Source: Pasteurella multocida (GTDB taxonomy: Bacteria > Pseudomonadota > Gammaproteobacteria > Enterobacterales > Pasteurellaceae). Taken from it: 32,000 bases of DNA. Below are positions 1-11,312 of the stretch, one piece after another. Made by a program: the position numbers and the translations under genes. The stretch's first letter is position 1, and each line of letters starts with the position of its first letter. The notes below the pieces were generated by a model. That model was not told where the DNA came from. It saw only the letters and a program-made list of their open reading frames with translations, and did not search any database. The stretch spans positions 1,050,001-1,082,000 of the forward strand of contig NZ_LT906458.1 in NCBI RefSeq assembly GCF_900187275.1, read 5' to 3'.

Positions 1-879
1 TACCGTCGTGAAATTTTAACAGATGAAGAACTCGGTTTAGGTAACTCAATCCACGTGAATGCTTACCGTATTTCAGGCTTAATCCCTGGTGGGTTATCAT
101 TGATTTTAGCGGATAGCTTACCTTGGGATGTAGTATTTATTTTCACTGCGCTCTTTATGATTCCAGGGTTAATTTTGTCATTGTTCTTGAGTAAAGAACC
201 TGATGTACCACAAATTGACCGCTCTTTGCCGTTCTATCATACTTTTGCGTTGCCTTTTAAAGAATTCTTCTCACGCAAAGGCATGGCTTCTGCCTTGGGG
301 CTGATCTTCTTTATCTTCTTATATAAATTTGGTGATTCCCTCGCCACATCCTTGCAAACCAAATTCATTTTAGATATGGGATTTAGCAAAACCGATATTG
401 GTACTGTAGTGAAATTAAATTCACTTTGGGCATCGATTATTTCAGGCATGTTAGGTGGAATTTTAATGCTACGTATTGGTATTAACCGTTCCTTATGGCT
501 ATTTGGTTTTGTGCAATTGATCACCATTTTAGGCTTTGTATGGATGGCGAGTTATGGCAAATTCAATACGATTGGTTCTTTTGAATTCTTTGTTCTCACC
601 ACGGTGATTATTGGGGAATATATCGGGGTAGGCTTAGGCACAGCGGCATTTGTCGCGTTTATGGCGAGAGAAACCAATCCACTTTATACTGCAACACAAT
701 TAGCGATTTTTACTAGTTTATCCGCTATTCCAAGCAAAATATTTAGTGCCTTTTCAGGTGTCTTAGTAGCAGATTATGGCTATTATACGTTCTTTTGGAT
801 CTGCTTCTTTGCGGCAATCCCTGGTATGTTAATGTTGTTTAAGGTCGCCCCTTGGCATAGCGCAGAACAACGCGCATAA
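1..879 (+). CDS. ampG: AmpG-family MFS muropeptide permease, C-terminal part (5' end outside window)
   Basis: Frame 1 is open from base 1 (YRREILTDEELGLGNS... precedes the tool's start at 55), so the CDS is cut by the window edge. The polytopic hydrophobic sequence aligns by recollection with the C-terminal half of E. coli AmpG (LYK(L/F)GD...; ATQ(F/L)A..(S/T)ALSA). Stop TAA at 877-879. Confidence 0.85.
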   Translation, partial: YRREILTDEELGLGNSIHVNAYRISGLIPGGLSLILADSLPWDVVFIFTALFMIPGLILSLFLSKEPDVPQIDRSLPFYHTFALPFKEFFSRKGMASALGLIFFIFLYKFGDSLATSLQTKFILDMGFSKTDIGTVVKLNSLWASIISGMLGGILMLRIGINRSLWLFGFVQLITILGFVWMASYGKFNTIGSFEFFVLTTVIIGEYIGVGLGTAAFVAFMARETNPLYTATQLAIFTSLSAIPSKIFSAFSGVLVADYGYYTFFWICFFAAIPGMLMLFKVAPWHSAEQRA

Positions 880-959
880 CTTGCCGAACGGTTGACATTT
901 GGATCAAATTCAGCAACCATAAACCGTTTTGTTTTATTCCGAAAACAATGAAAAATCAC

Positions 960-1672
<713 letters not shown>

Positions 1673-1684
1673 TTTGTTTTTATC

Positions 1685-1713
1685 AAAAAAGGCTGTTTAA
1701 TACAGCCTTTTTT
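1685..1713. terminator. Bidirectional intrinsic terminator between convergent adk and sucD
   Basis: AAAAAAGGCTGT-ttaat-ACAGCCTTTTTT: an A-tract, a GC-containing stem and a T-tract. Confidence 0.8.
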
Positions 1714-1735
1714 GTTATCTGGACCGAAGTGCGGT

Positions 1736-2605
1736 CTATTTCAACAACGATTTTAACGCTGTGCCGATTTCCGCTAAACTGCGTACCGTTTTCACACCAG
1801 CAGCTTCAAGGGCGGCGAATTTTTCATCTGCGGTGCCTTTGCCCCCACTGATAATCGCGCCTGCGTGTCCCATACGCTTACCTTTTGGTGCGGTGACCCC
1901 AGCAATATAGCTCACGACGGGCTTAGTCACATAGTCTTTAATAAAAGCAGCCGCTTCTTCTTCTGCGGAACCACCGATTTCGCCGATCATCACGATCGCT
2001 TCGGTTTGTGGATCATCTTGGAACAGTTTCAAAATATCAATAAAGTTTGACCCAGGGATTGGATCGCCACCAATTCCCACACAAGTGGACTGTCCAAAAC
2101 CTTCATCGGTGGTTTGTTTGACCGCTTCATAGGTTAAGGTACCTGAGCGTGAAACAATACCGATTTTACCTTTTTTGTGAATATTGCCCGGCATGATCCC
2201 GATCTTACATTCTTCTGGCGTAATCACGCCAGGACAGTTAGGACCAATCATACGCACGCCAGTTTGATTCAAGCGTTGTTTTACTTGTAACATATCTAGG
2301 GTTGGGATCCCTTCAGTGATACAAATCACTAACTGAATGCCCGCATCAATGGCTTCCAAAATCGCATCTTTACAACCTGGTGCCGGGACATAAATCACGC
2401 TAGCCGTAGCACCCGTGGCGTCAACCGCATCACGCACAGTATTAAACACCGGTAAGCCTAAATGGGTTGTCCCCCCTTTACCCGGCGAAACACCACCGAC
2501 CAATTGCGTACCGTAAGCCAATGCTTGTTCAGAGTGGAAGGTGCCTTGTCCGCCAGTAAAGCCTTGGCAAATCACTTTGGTATCTTTATTAATTAAAATA
2601 GACAT
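1736..2605 (-). CDS. sucD: Succinyl-CoA synthetase alpha subunit
   Basis: 289 aa. The catalytic-His region MGHAGAII and the CoA-binding N-terminus ([13 protein letters not shown]) are both present. GGAGGG SD lies inside the sucC 3' end. The start is 1 nt after the sucC stop. Confidence 0.97.
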   Translation of the reverse strand: MSILINKDTKVICQGFTGGQGTFHSEQALAYGTQLVGGVSPGKGGTTHLGLPVFNTVRDAVDATGATASVIYVPAPGCKDAILEAIDAGIQLVICITEGIPTLDMLQVKQRLNQTGVRMIGPNCPGVITPEECKIGIMPGNIHKKGKIGIVSRSGTLTYEAVKQTTDEGFGQSTCVGIGGDPIPGSNFIDILKLFQDDPQTEAIVMIGEIGGSAEEEAAAFIKDYVTKPVVSYIAGVTAPKGKRMGHAGAIISGGKGTADEKFAALEAAGVKTVRSLAEIGTALKSLLK

Positions 2606-2606
2606 C

Positions 2607-3773
2607 TTATTTTCCCTCCGCGGCTTTCACAGCTTGAATCGCAGCATCCGTTAAAGTATTTGCCGCAATAATATTCACACCACTGTTTGCTAAAATCTCA
2701 CGACCTAAAGGCGCATTATTCCCTTCTAAACGGACCACCACAGGCACATTGACGCCTACTTCATTCACGGCAGCAATGATCCCTTCTGCAATTAAATCGC
2801 AACGCACGATACCACCAAAGATATTCACTAATACCGCTTTTACTGCACTATCCGATAAGATAATTTTGAATGCTTCCGCCACACGCTCTTTGGTCGCCCC
2901 ACCGCCCACATCAAGGAAGTTTGCCGGTTGACCCCCGTGTAATTTAATAATATCCATGGTCCCCATGGCTAAGCCTGCACCATTCACCATACAACCAATG
3001 TTACCCTCAAGTGCCACATAGTTTAATTGGTGTGATTCTGCAAGCGCTTCACGTGGATCTTCTTGGCTTGGGTCTTGCATCGCTTTTAATGCTGGCTGAC
3101 GGTATAAGGCGTTACTATCGACCACGATTTTGGCATCTAAACACAGTAAATTACCTTCTTTGGTCACCACTAACGGATTCACTTCTAACAGCGCCAAGTC
3201 TTTTTCCACAAACATTTTTGCCATTTGTACGAAAATATGAGCAAATTGTTTAATTTGATCACCTTTTAAACCCAGTTTAAACGCAAGTTCACGCCCTTGG
3301 TATGGCATCCCCCCCGTTAGAGGATCTATCGCCATTTTATGTAATAAGTGCGGTGTTTTTTCCGCCACTTCTTCGATATTTACCCCACCTTCAGTGGATA
3401 CCATAAACACAACACGTTGTGATGCACGATCAAGCACTGCGCCTAAATACAACTCATGTGCAATGCTCGATCCTTCTTCCACATAAAGAGTATTAACAGG
3501 TTGCCCATTAGCATCCGTTTGGAAAGTCACTAAGCGTTGTCCTAACCATTGGTCAGCAAAAGCACGCACTTCGGCTTCGTTACGCACCAATTTCACACCA
3601 CCGGCTTTACCCCGCCCACCTGCGTGAACTTGGCATTTTGCGACCCAAACATCACCATTGAGTTTTTTTATTGCATCTGCGGCTTCATCTGCGCTTTTAC
3701 ACGCATAACCCTTGCCTACTGGCAATTGATATTCTGCAAAAATTTGCTTCGCTTGATACTCGTGTAGGTTCAT
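2607..3773 (-). CDS. sucC: Succinyl-CoA synthetase beta subunit
   Basis: 388 aa beginning [10 protein letters not shown]..., with an ATP-grasp domain. Colinear with E. coli SucC as recalled. Confidence 0.97.
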   Translation of the reverse strand: MNLHEYQAKQIFAEYQLPVGKGYACKSADEAADAIKKLNGDVWVAKCQVHAGGRGKAGGVKLVRNEAEVRAFADQWLGQRLVTFQTDANGQPVNTLYVEEGSSIAHELYLGAVLDRASQRVVFMVSTEGGVNIEEVAEKTPHLLHKMAIDPLTGGMPYQGRELAFKLGLKGDQIKQFAHIFVQMAKMFVEKDLALLEVNPLVVTKEGNLLCLDAKIVVDSNALYRQPALKAMQDPSQEDPREALAESHQLNYVALEGNIGCMVNGAGLAMGTMDIIKLHGGQPANFLDVGGGATKERVAEAFKIILSDSAVKAVLVNIFGGIVRCDLIAEGIIAAVNEVGVNVPVVVRLEGNNAPLGREILANSGVNIIAANTLTDAAIQAVKAAEGK

Positions 3774-3877
3774 AGCGTTATGTTCCTTATTTTCATATTC
3801 TCAGCCCATATTCAAAGCGAGTTTGTTTATCGTAAGAAATGGCAGAAGTGTTGATTCAAAGTGTCAAATTCATTGAA

Positions 3878-4258
3878 TTACTGCATTGAATGTAATCCAA
3901 TTCGATTGCCTTCAGAATCCTCAATAACCGCATAAAATCCTTCATCGCCAATACTTGTTTTTCCTTGTAATAACTTACCGCCAAATTTCACGGCACGCTC
4001 CGCTTCAACGGTACAGTCTTCACAAGCAAAGAAAAGGGTAAAATTATTTCCTCTTACAACCGGAAAGTCTTTATCTTCATATAACATGCCACCAATGCCA
4101 TATTGCGCATAATCTGTTGAAAAAAAGCAAACAGACATTTTCTCTCCCGAAGGGCAATCACCGTCTGTTAGAGGGAGCTGAAACACGGCTTGATAAAATG
4201 TTTTTGCGCGTTGTAGATTTTCTACATGGATTTCAAACCAAGAAACGGGATTGCTCAT
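3878..4258 (-). CDS. VOC (glyoxalase/bleomycin-resistance/dioxygenase fold) family protein, function unknown
   Basis: 126 aa. The N-terminal WFEI...RA..FY..VF motif and the C-terminal D.EGN.IGL are typical of small single-domain VOC proteins. AAGGTAA SD is present. Same strand as the suc genes. Confidence 0.7.
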   Translation of the reverse strand: MSNPVSWFEIHVENLQRAKTFYQAVFQLPLTDGDCPSGEKMSVCFFSTDYAQYGIGGMLYEDKDFPVVRGNNFTLFFACEDCTVEAERAVKFGGKLLQGKTSIGDEGFYAVIEDSEGNRIGLHSMQ

Positions 4259-4294
4259 ATTTACCTTTAAACAGATTCTCTTGATGGGGATAAA

Positions 4295-4338
4295 AAGTGC
4301 GGTCTGATTTGAAATTTTTTACCAAATTGACCGCACTT
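4295..4338 (-). terminator. Inverted USS pair forming a terminator-like hairpin downstream of sucB
   Basis: AAGTGCGGTC (4295-4304) and GACCGCACTT (4329-4338). On the minus-strand transcript the stem is followed by UUUUAU. Confidence 0.65.
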
Positions 4339-4351
4339 ATTCCATGAATGC

Positions 4352-5566
4352 TTAGATTTCTAACAATAAACGGGTTGGATCTTCCAACAATTCTTTAATC
4401 GTTACTAAGAAACCAACTGATTCACGACCATCAATTAAACGGTGATCATAGGAGAGCGCAAGATACATCATCGGACGAATCACCACTTCGCCATTCACCG
4501 CCACGGGGCGATCTTTAATGGCATGCATGCCTAAAATGGCACTTTGTGGAGGATTGATAATCGGGGTAGACATGAGGGAACCGAACACACCACCATTAGT
4601 AATAGTAAAGTTACCCCCGGTTAAATCTTCAACTGTTAATTTTCCGTCACGCCCCTTATCAGCAAGCGCTTTAATTTCTTTTTCAATATCCGCCATGCTT
4701 AATTTATCGCAGTTGCGTAATACTGGGGTAACTAAACCACGTGGTGTCGAAACCGCGATGCTGATATCGAAATAGTTATGATAAATGATATCGTCACCAT
4801 CAATCGACGCATTGACTTCTGGATAACGTTTTAGTGCTTCCACCACAGCTTTAATGTAGAACGACATAAAACCGAGACGCGTGCCGTGTTGTTTTTCAAA
4901 CTTCTCACCATAAGTTTTACGTAATTTCATAATCGGCGCCATGTCCACTTCGTTAAATGTGGTTAACATTGCCGTGCTGTTTTTCGCTTCTAACAAACGC
5001 TCCGCAATACGTTTGCGTAAACGTGTCATTGGTACACGTTTTTCCTCACGATTACCGACAACAAACGCAGGCTCAGCCGGCTTATTCGGCGCTTTATTGG
5101 CTTTTTGCGCGATAACTTTCTCCACATCTTCGCGTGTAATACGCCCGCCCACACCGCTTCCTTTAATGTTTTCTGCATTTAAGTCATGCTCAGCAATTAA
5201 ACGACGTACCCCCGGGCTCACCGAGTCGCTACCCACTGATTCAGTACTTAAATTCGCATGATGGCGATCCGCCGGCGTTGGCTCCTGAGTGACAACCGTT
5301 TCTTTAGTGACACCACCCGCTACGGCTGTGGCTGACAATTTACCTAATAATTGTTTACTGATAACGGTGGCGCCTTCTGCTTCAATAATCGCTTCAAGTA
5401 CACCATCAGATTGTGCTGGGACTTCAAGTACCACTTTATCGGTTTCAATTTCGACTAAAATCTCATCACGTTTTACGACATCACCCACTTTCTTATGCCA
5501 AGTTACAACCGTTGCATCGGCGACAGATTCTGGTAAATCGGGAGTTATAATCTCAAAATTGCTCAT
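4352..5566 (-). CDS. sucB: 2-oxoglutarate dehydrogenase E2 (dihydrolipoyllysine-residue succinyltransferase)
   Basis: 404 aa with lipoyl domain ([13 protein letters not shown]) and catalytic DHRLIDG motif. Near-identical blocks to E. coli SucB as recalled. Confidence 0.97.
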   Translation of the reverse strand: MSNFEIITPDLPESVADATVVTWHKKVGDVVKRDEILVEIETDKVVLEVPAQSDGVLEAIIEAEGATVISKQLLGKLSATAVAGGVTKETVVTQEPTPADRHHANLSTESVGSDSVSPGVRRLIAEHDLNAENIKGSGVGGRITREDVEKVIAQKANKAPNKPAEPAFVVGNREEKRVPMTRLRKRIAERLLEAKNSTAMLTTFNEVDMAPIMKLRKTYGEKFEKQHGTRLGFMSFYIKAVVEALKRYPEVNASIDGDDIIYHNYFDISIAVSTPRGLVTPVLRNCDKLSMADIEKEIKALADKGRDGKLTVEDLTGGNFTITNGGVFGSLMSTPIINPPQSAILGMHAIKDRPVAVNGEVVIRPMMYLALSYDHRLIDGRESVGFLVTIKELLEDPTRLLLEI

Positions 5567-5600
5567 TTTTCTTTCCTTTTATCAGTTTTATTTTTGCGAA

Positions 5601-5636
5601 AAGTGCGGTCTGTTTTCATCAAACCTGACCACACTT
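5601..5636 (-). other. Imperfect inverted USS pair; intercistronic hairpin between sucA and sucB
   Basis: AAGTGCGGTC (5601-5610) and GACCACACTT (5627-5636). The single mismatch is C.A in plus-strand RNA but a G.U wobble in the minus-strand (sense) transcript. Confidence 0.5.
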
Positions 5637-5640
5637 TCCA

Positions 5641-8436
5641 TTAGGCTAACGCCTCATTCACTAATGCGGTTTGCTGTTCATTATGTAACGACATATACCC
5701 CACCGCCGGTGAAGCCGAAGCTGGACGACCGACATAACGTAGCTTGCCATGTTCAGGAATAGACGACACAAAATTATGTTGGCTACAATACCATGCCCCT
5801 TGATTCAAAGGTTCCTCTTGGCACCACACATAATCCGTGACATGGCTATAATCCGCTAAAATCTGTTTCATTTCCTCATGAGGATAAGGATAAAGCTGTT
5901 CAATACGAATAATTGCAACATCACTTTGATTATTTTTACGACGCTGCTCTAATAAATCATAATACACTTTACCGGAACACATCACGACCCGTCTGACGTG
6001 TTTTGGATCCAATGCATCGACTTCAGGAATAACATTTTGGAATTTACCATCAATTAATTCTTCCATCGTCGATACTGCTAATGGATGACGCAGTAAGGAT
6101 TTTGGTGAAATCACAACCAACGGACGACGTACTTTACGGATCATTTGACGGCGTAATAAGTGATAAATCTGTGCTGGCGTTGACGGCACACAGACTTGCA
6201 TATTTTGCTGTGCGCAAAGTTGTAAATAACGCTCTAAACGGGCGGATGAATGCTCTGGTCCTTGTCCTTCATAGCCATGTGGTAACAACATCACTAAACC
6301 ACACATCCTGCCCCATTTCTGTTCACCAGAACTAATAAACTGATCCACCACCACTTGTGCACAGTTAGCGAAATCGCCAAATTGTGCCTCCCAAATGGTT
6401 AAGGTTTTTGGATCGGTTGTCGCGTAACCATATTCAAAGGCTAACACGGCATTTTCTGTTAAGACTGAATCCCACACTTCAAAGCGCCCTTGTGAACCAT
6501 GTAAATTCGCTAATGGGATGTAAAGGGTTGCATCTTTTTGGTTGTGTAAAACGGAATGACGATGGAAAAAAGTACCACGTCCAGCATCTTCACCAGATAA
6601 ACGCACATGATAGCCTTCATCTAACAACGTGGCATACGCCATGGTTTCTGCCATGCCCCAATCAAATAATTTTTCACCATTTGCCATTAATGTGCGGTCG
6701 GCATAAATTTTATTGACGCGTGAATGTAATTCATGCTGTGCAGGATATTCACATACTTTTTGAGCTAACCCTTTGAAACGTGCTGCATCAAATTTGCTTT
6801 CATATTCACACCATTCACGGCTTAAATATTTCGTCCAATCTTTAGTGGTTAAATCCATTTCACGCCATTCCGCGACCACACAATCACCACGATCTAAGGC
6901 ATCACGGTAATTATTCACAAGCTCTGTCGCGGCTTCTTCATTAATCACGCCTTGTGCAATCAAACGATCCGCATACACTTTGCGTGGCGTCGGATGTTTT
7001 TTAATACGGTCATACATTAATGGTTGAGTCGCTGAAGGTTCATCCGCCTCATTATGTCCATGACGACGATAAGAGACTAAATCAATGAAAATATCCCGTT
7101 TAAATAAAGTACGGTATTCCACCGCCATACGTGCAGCATAGGCTACCGCTTCAGGATCATCGCCATTAACATGGATCACTGGCGCTTCAATCATTTTAGC
7201 AATGTCAGTACAGTATTCGGTAGAACGAGTATCATGCGGATTTGAAGTAGTAAAACCAATTTGGTTGTTGATCACAATGCGAATTGTCCCACCCACGCTA
7301 TAACCACGGGTGCCTGACATGTTTAACGTTTCTTGCACCACACCTTGCCCAATGACCGCAGAATCGCCGTGTACAGTCACAGGTAACACTTTGGCTTTTT
7401 CATGGTCATTAATGCGTTTTTGTCTTGCTCGCACCGAGCCAATTACCACTGGGCTGACAATTTCTAAGTGAGAAGGGTTAAAAGCTAGGACTAAATGTAC
7501 AATGCCATCATCGGTCATAAAATCAGAGGAAAAACCTTGGTGATATTTCACATCACCGGTTCCATTACCATTGTGTTTCCCCGCAAATTCATCAAATAAT
7601 TCTGATGGTTTTTTACCAAGTACGTTGACCAACATATTCAAACGCCCACGGTGTGCCATCCCCATCGCAATTTCATCAATGCCATTACGCTTACCATGAC
7701 GAACAATTTCTTTCATCAAGAGAATAAACGAATCACTTCCTTCTAAGGAAAAACGTTTTGCACCCGGGAATTTCGCCCCTAAATAGCGCTCTAGCCCGTC
7801 TGCTGCCGTTAACTCTTCTAAAAATTTAAGTTGTTCTTCTTTGTTAAAGCCTTGCGTTACACGTGACTCAAGCTTATTTTGCAACCAGGTTCTGGCTTCT
7901 ACATCGTTAACATGCATGAACTCTAACCCAATCGTGCCACAATAGGTTTTTTGTAATAAGTCTTGTAATTCTCGTAACGAAATTTGATTACGGTGTGCAA
8001 CTTCGCCCCCTAAATCAAAGGTTTCATCCAGATCACTTTCCGTAAAACCATGGTATTTATAATCGAGGGTTGGCGCGTCCATCCGTTGCCAAAGATTTAA
8101 AGGATCAAGGTCTGCATGCAAATGACCACGATTGCGATGGGCGTTGACGTAAGCCAGTAATTTCACTAATCTTGCACTTACATTGGGATCAATAACACTG
8201 ACACCATTTGGAGAATTATCGCGGGCTAAACGTTTGAAATAATCACGGACTTGGGAATGGGGTTGCTCAACGGCAGTATGAGATTTCGGAAGGGCGTTAA
8301 AAATAGTTTGCCAACTGGCATCGACAGAGTCGGGATCACGAAGGTAATCTTCATAGAGTTCTTCGATGTAAGACTGATTGGTACCACCGAGAGCACTTGA
8401 AGTTAACCACTCGCTAATGGGTGTATTTTTTTGCAT
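5641..8436 (-). CDS. sucA: 2-oxoglutarate dehydrogenase E1 component
   Basis: The ORF is open to 8514. I place the start at the internal ATG at 8436 (MQKNTPISEWLTSSALGG...), which matches the canonical SucA N-terminus (...WL.SS.L.G.N..YIE.LYE.YL.DP). The 26 upstream codons are hydrophobic nonsense and run into the promoter region. Confidence 0.95.
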   Translation of the reverse strand: MQKNTPISEWLTSSALGGTNQSYIEELYEDYLRDPDSVDASWQTIFNALPKSHTAVEQPHSQVRDYFKRLARDNSPNGVSVIDPNVSARLVKLLAYVNAHRNRGHLHADLDPLNLWQRMDAPTLDYKYHGFTESDLDETFDLGGEVAHRNQISLRELQDLLQKTYCGTIGLEFMHVNDVEARTWLQNKLESRVTQGFNKEEQLKFLEELTAADGLERYLGAKFPGAKRFSLEGSDSFILLMKEIVRHGKRNGIDEIAMGMAHRGRLNMLVNVLGKKPSELFDEFAGKHNGNGTGDVKYHQGFSSDFMTDDGIVHLVLAFNPSHLEIVSPVVIGSVRARQKRINDHEKAKVLPVTVHGDSAVIGQGVVQETLNMSGTRGYSVGGTIRIVINNQIGFTTSNPHDTRSTEYCTDIAKMIEAPVIHVNGDDPEAVAYAARMAVEYRTLFKRDIFIDLVSYRRHGHNEADEPSATQPLMYDRIKKHPTPRKVYADRLIAQGVINEEAATELVNNYRDALDRGDCVVAEWREMDLTTKDWTKYLSREWCEYESKFDAARFKGLAQKVCEYPAQHELHSRVNKIYADRTLMANGEKLFDWGMAETMAYATLLDEGYHVRLSGEDAGRGTFFHRHSVLHNQKDATLYIPLANLHGSQGRFEVWDSVLTENAVLAFEYGYATTDPKTLTIWEAQFGDFANCAQVVVDQFISSGEQKWGRMCGLVMLLPHGYEGQGPEHSSARLERYLQLCAQQNMQVCVPSTPAQIYHLLRRQMIRKVRRPLVVISPKSLLRHPLAVSTMEELIDGKFQNVIPEVDALDPKHVRRVVMCSGKVYYDLLEQRRKNNQSDVAIIRIEQLYPYPHEEMKQILADYSHVTDYVWCQEEPLNQGAWYCSQHNFVSSIPEHGKLRYVGRPASASPAVGYMSLHNEQQTALVNEALA

Positions 8437-8491
8437 TAGGACCACCTGACACAATGATTTAGTAATAATAAGGAGTGAGAATCGTTGGACT

Positions 8492-8497
8492 ATTATA
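8492..8497 (-). promoter_or_regulatory. Candidate -10 hexamer (TATAAT on the minus strand) for sucA
   Basis: Plus-strand ATTATA at 8492-8497 is a perfect TATAAT on the sucA strand, about 55 nt upstream of the ATG. I found no good -35. Confidence 0.3.
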
Positions 8498-8613
8498 ACG
8501 CAAAACAAGCCCAATTATCCTTTCTTTATGTAAGCTATTTGCTACGATTAAAAAGCAAAACGCGTGAATAAGCAACACAATTGTGTAACAGAGCATTAAC
8601 ATTTTTACTATTT

Positions 8614-8629
8614 TTTGATCTCTGTCGCA
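8614..8629. promoter_or_regulatory. CRP-like site TTTGA-N6-TCGCA
   Basis: 8 of 10 core matches to TGTGA-N6-TCACA. The right half equals the TCGCA variant half-site. It lies in the gltA/sucA divergent region. Confidence 0.2.
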
Positions 8630-8702
8630 CTTTTAGAAAATAACATTTTATTTACAATTTTTTTTTCACAATAATGAAGACACTGACTCTTTTAAGCTTT
8701 AT

Positions 8703-8712
8703 AGTTAATTAA
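8703..8712. promoter_or_regulatory. ArcA-box-like decamer AGTTAATTAA
   Basis: 10 of 10 match to the (A/T)GTTAATTA(A/T) ArcA-P consensus as I recall it. It lies 42 nt upstream of the gltA ATG. Confidence 0.3.
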
Positions 8713-8753
8713 AATGCAATAAAACACAACTTACTAAAAAGGAAGGATGACTT

Positions 8754-10040
8754 ATGTCTGAATTAACTGCAAAACTGACCCTTAGCGATGGACGTGAATA
8801 TGACCTACCTGTACATAAAGGCTCTCTTGGTTATGATGCAATAGATGTACAATCTCTGGTTAAGAATAAACTATTCACCTTCGATCCAGGCTTTATGTCA
8901 ACAGCCTGTTGCCGCTCTGAAATTACTTATATCGATGGCGATAATGGTGTTTTATTACATCGTGGCTATCCTATTGCTGAGCTAGCTAAAAATGCAGATT
9001 ACCTTGAAGTTGCGCATTTATTACTTTTTGGTGAAAGACCGTCTCCTGAAGAATACAAAAACTTTACGCAATTAGTCCGTCGTCATACCCTCGTTCACGA
9101 ACAAATCTCTCGCTTTTTCCACGGTTTCCGTCGTGACTCACACCCAATGGCAATCATGTGTGGGGTAAGTGGTGCTTTAGCCGCCTTCTACCATGACTCC
9201 TTAGATATTAATGATATTACTCACCGTGAAATCACCGCAATTCGTTTACTTGCTAAAATGCCAACTTTGGCGGCGATGTGCTATAAATACTCGATTGGTC
9301 AGCCTTTCATGTTCCCGCAAAATCATCTCTCTTATTCCGGTAATTTCCTTTACATGATGTTTGCGACGCCTTGTGAACCTTACATCGTTAACCCGGTATT
9401 AGAGCGTGCCATGGATCGTATTTTCATTTTGCATGCTGACCATGAACAAAATGCGTCCACCTCAACCGTGCGCACCGCAGCCTCTTCTGGCGCCAATCCA
9501 TTTGCCTGTATTGCAGCAGGTATTGCCTCACTTTGGGGACCTGCTCATGGTGGCGCTAATGAAGCCTGTATCAATATGTTAGAAGAAATTGGCACAGTCG
9601 ATCGTATTCCTGAATTTATTGCTCGTGCAAAAGACAAAAATGATCCATTCCGATTAATGGGCTTTGGTCACCGTGTGTATAAAAACTATGACCCGCGTGC
9701 CAAAGTCATGCGTCAAACCTGTCATGAAGTTTTAAAAGAGCTCAATATTCAAAATCCGCTCTTTGATGTTGCTATGGAATTAGAGCGTATTGCACTCAGT
9801 GACCCGTATTTCATTGACCATAAGTTGTATCCAAATGTGGATTTCTATTCTGGTATTATTCTCAAGGCTATTGGTATTCCAACATCCATGTTTACGGTGA
9901 TGTTCGCCTTAGCCAGAACGGTAGGTTGGATTGCACATTGGAAAGAAATGTTCAAACCGGGCAATATGAAAATTGTCCGCCCTCGCCAGCTCTACATGGG
10001 TGAAAAAGAACGTTCTTTTGAAGCTATGGACAAGAGTTAA
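8754..10040 (+). CDS. gltA: Citrate synthase (type II)
   Basis: 428 aa with catalytic-region motifs GFGHRVYK and [20 protein letters not shown] lies 8 nt upstream of the ATG. Confidence 0.96.
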   Translation: MSELTAKLTLSDGREYDLPVHKGSLGYDAIDVQSLVKNKLFTFDPGFMSTACCRSEITYIDGDNGVLLHRGYPIAELAKNADYLEVAHLLLFGERPSPEEYKNFTQLVRRHTLVHEQISRFFHGFRRDSHPMAIMCGVSGALAAFYHDSLDINDITHREITAIRLLAKMPTLAAMCYKYSIGQPFMFPQNHLSYSGNFLYMMFATPCEPYIVNPVLERAMDRIFILHADHEQNASTSTVRTAASSGANPFACIAAGIASLWGPAHGGANEACINMLEEIGTVDRIPEFIARAKDKNDPFRLMGFGHRVYKNYDPRAKVMRQTCHEVLKELNIQNPLFDVAMELERIALSDPYFIDHKLYPNVDFYSGIILKAIGIPTSMFTVMFALARTVGWIAHWKEMFKPGNMKIVRPRQLYMGEKERSFEAMDKS

Positions 10041-10069
10041 AAATACGCGAAAAACTGACCGCACTTTAT

Positions 10070-10104
10070 TGCACCTGCCGAGCACGACGTCACCGGCAGG
10101 TGCA
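10070..10104 (+). other. GC-rich 11-bp-stem hairpin downstream of gltA, with no U-tract
   Basis: TGCACCTGCCG (10070-10080) and CGGCAGGTGCA (10094-10104) with a 13-nt loop containing GACGTC. It is followed by CTCTTAATAC. A USS (ACCGCACTT, 10058-10066) lies just upstream. Confidence 0.5.
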
Positions 10105-10155
10105 CTCTTAATACAATGCCTTTCCTTCCCCGCTATCACTTCCTTTCTCTCTTAA

Positions 10156-11295
<1,140 letters not shown>

Positions 11296-11312
11296 TGAGA
11301 TAAGTTTAATTT

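Noticed and set aside
5289-5762. 157-aa plus-strand ORF (and the neighbouring 4941-5261 and 4518-4775 ORFs) opposite sucB/sucA
   Set aside because: These are antisense shadows of strongly conserved genes. They have Ser/Thr/Ala/Pro-rich low-complexity translations and no SD, and they cross the sucA-sucB spacer hairpin.
8437-8514. 5' extensions offered by the ORF track: sucA to 8514, dctP from 10177, ldtD to 16284, proQ to 19232, potD from 27633, cdd from 30074, letB from 20518 (TTG)
   Set aside because: In each case an internal ATG has a proper SD and yields the conserved N-terminus or a signal peptide. The extensions translate promoter or terminator DNA into implausible peptides.
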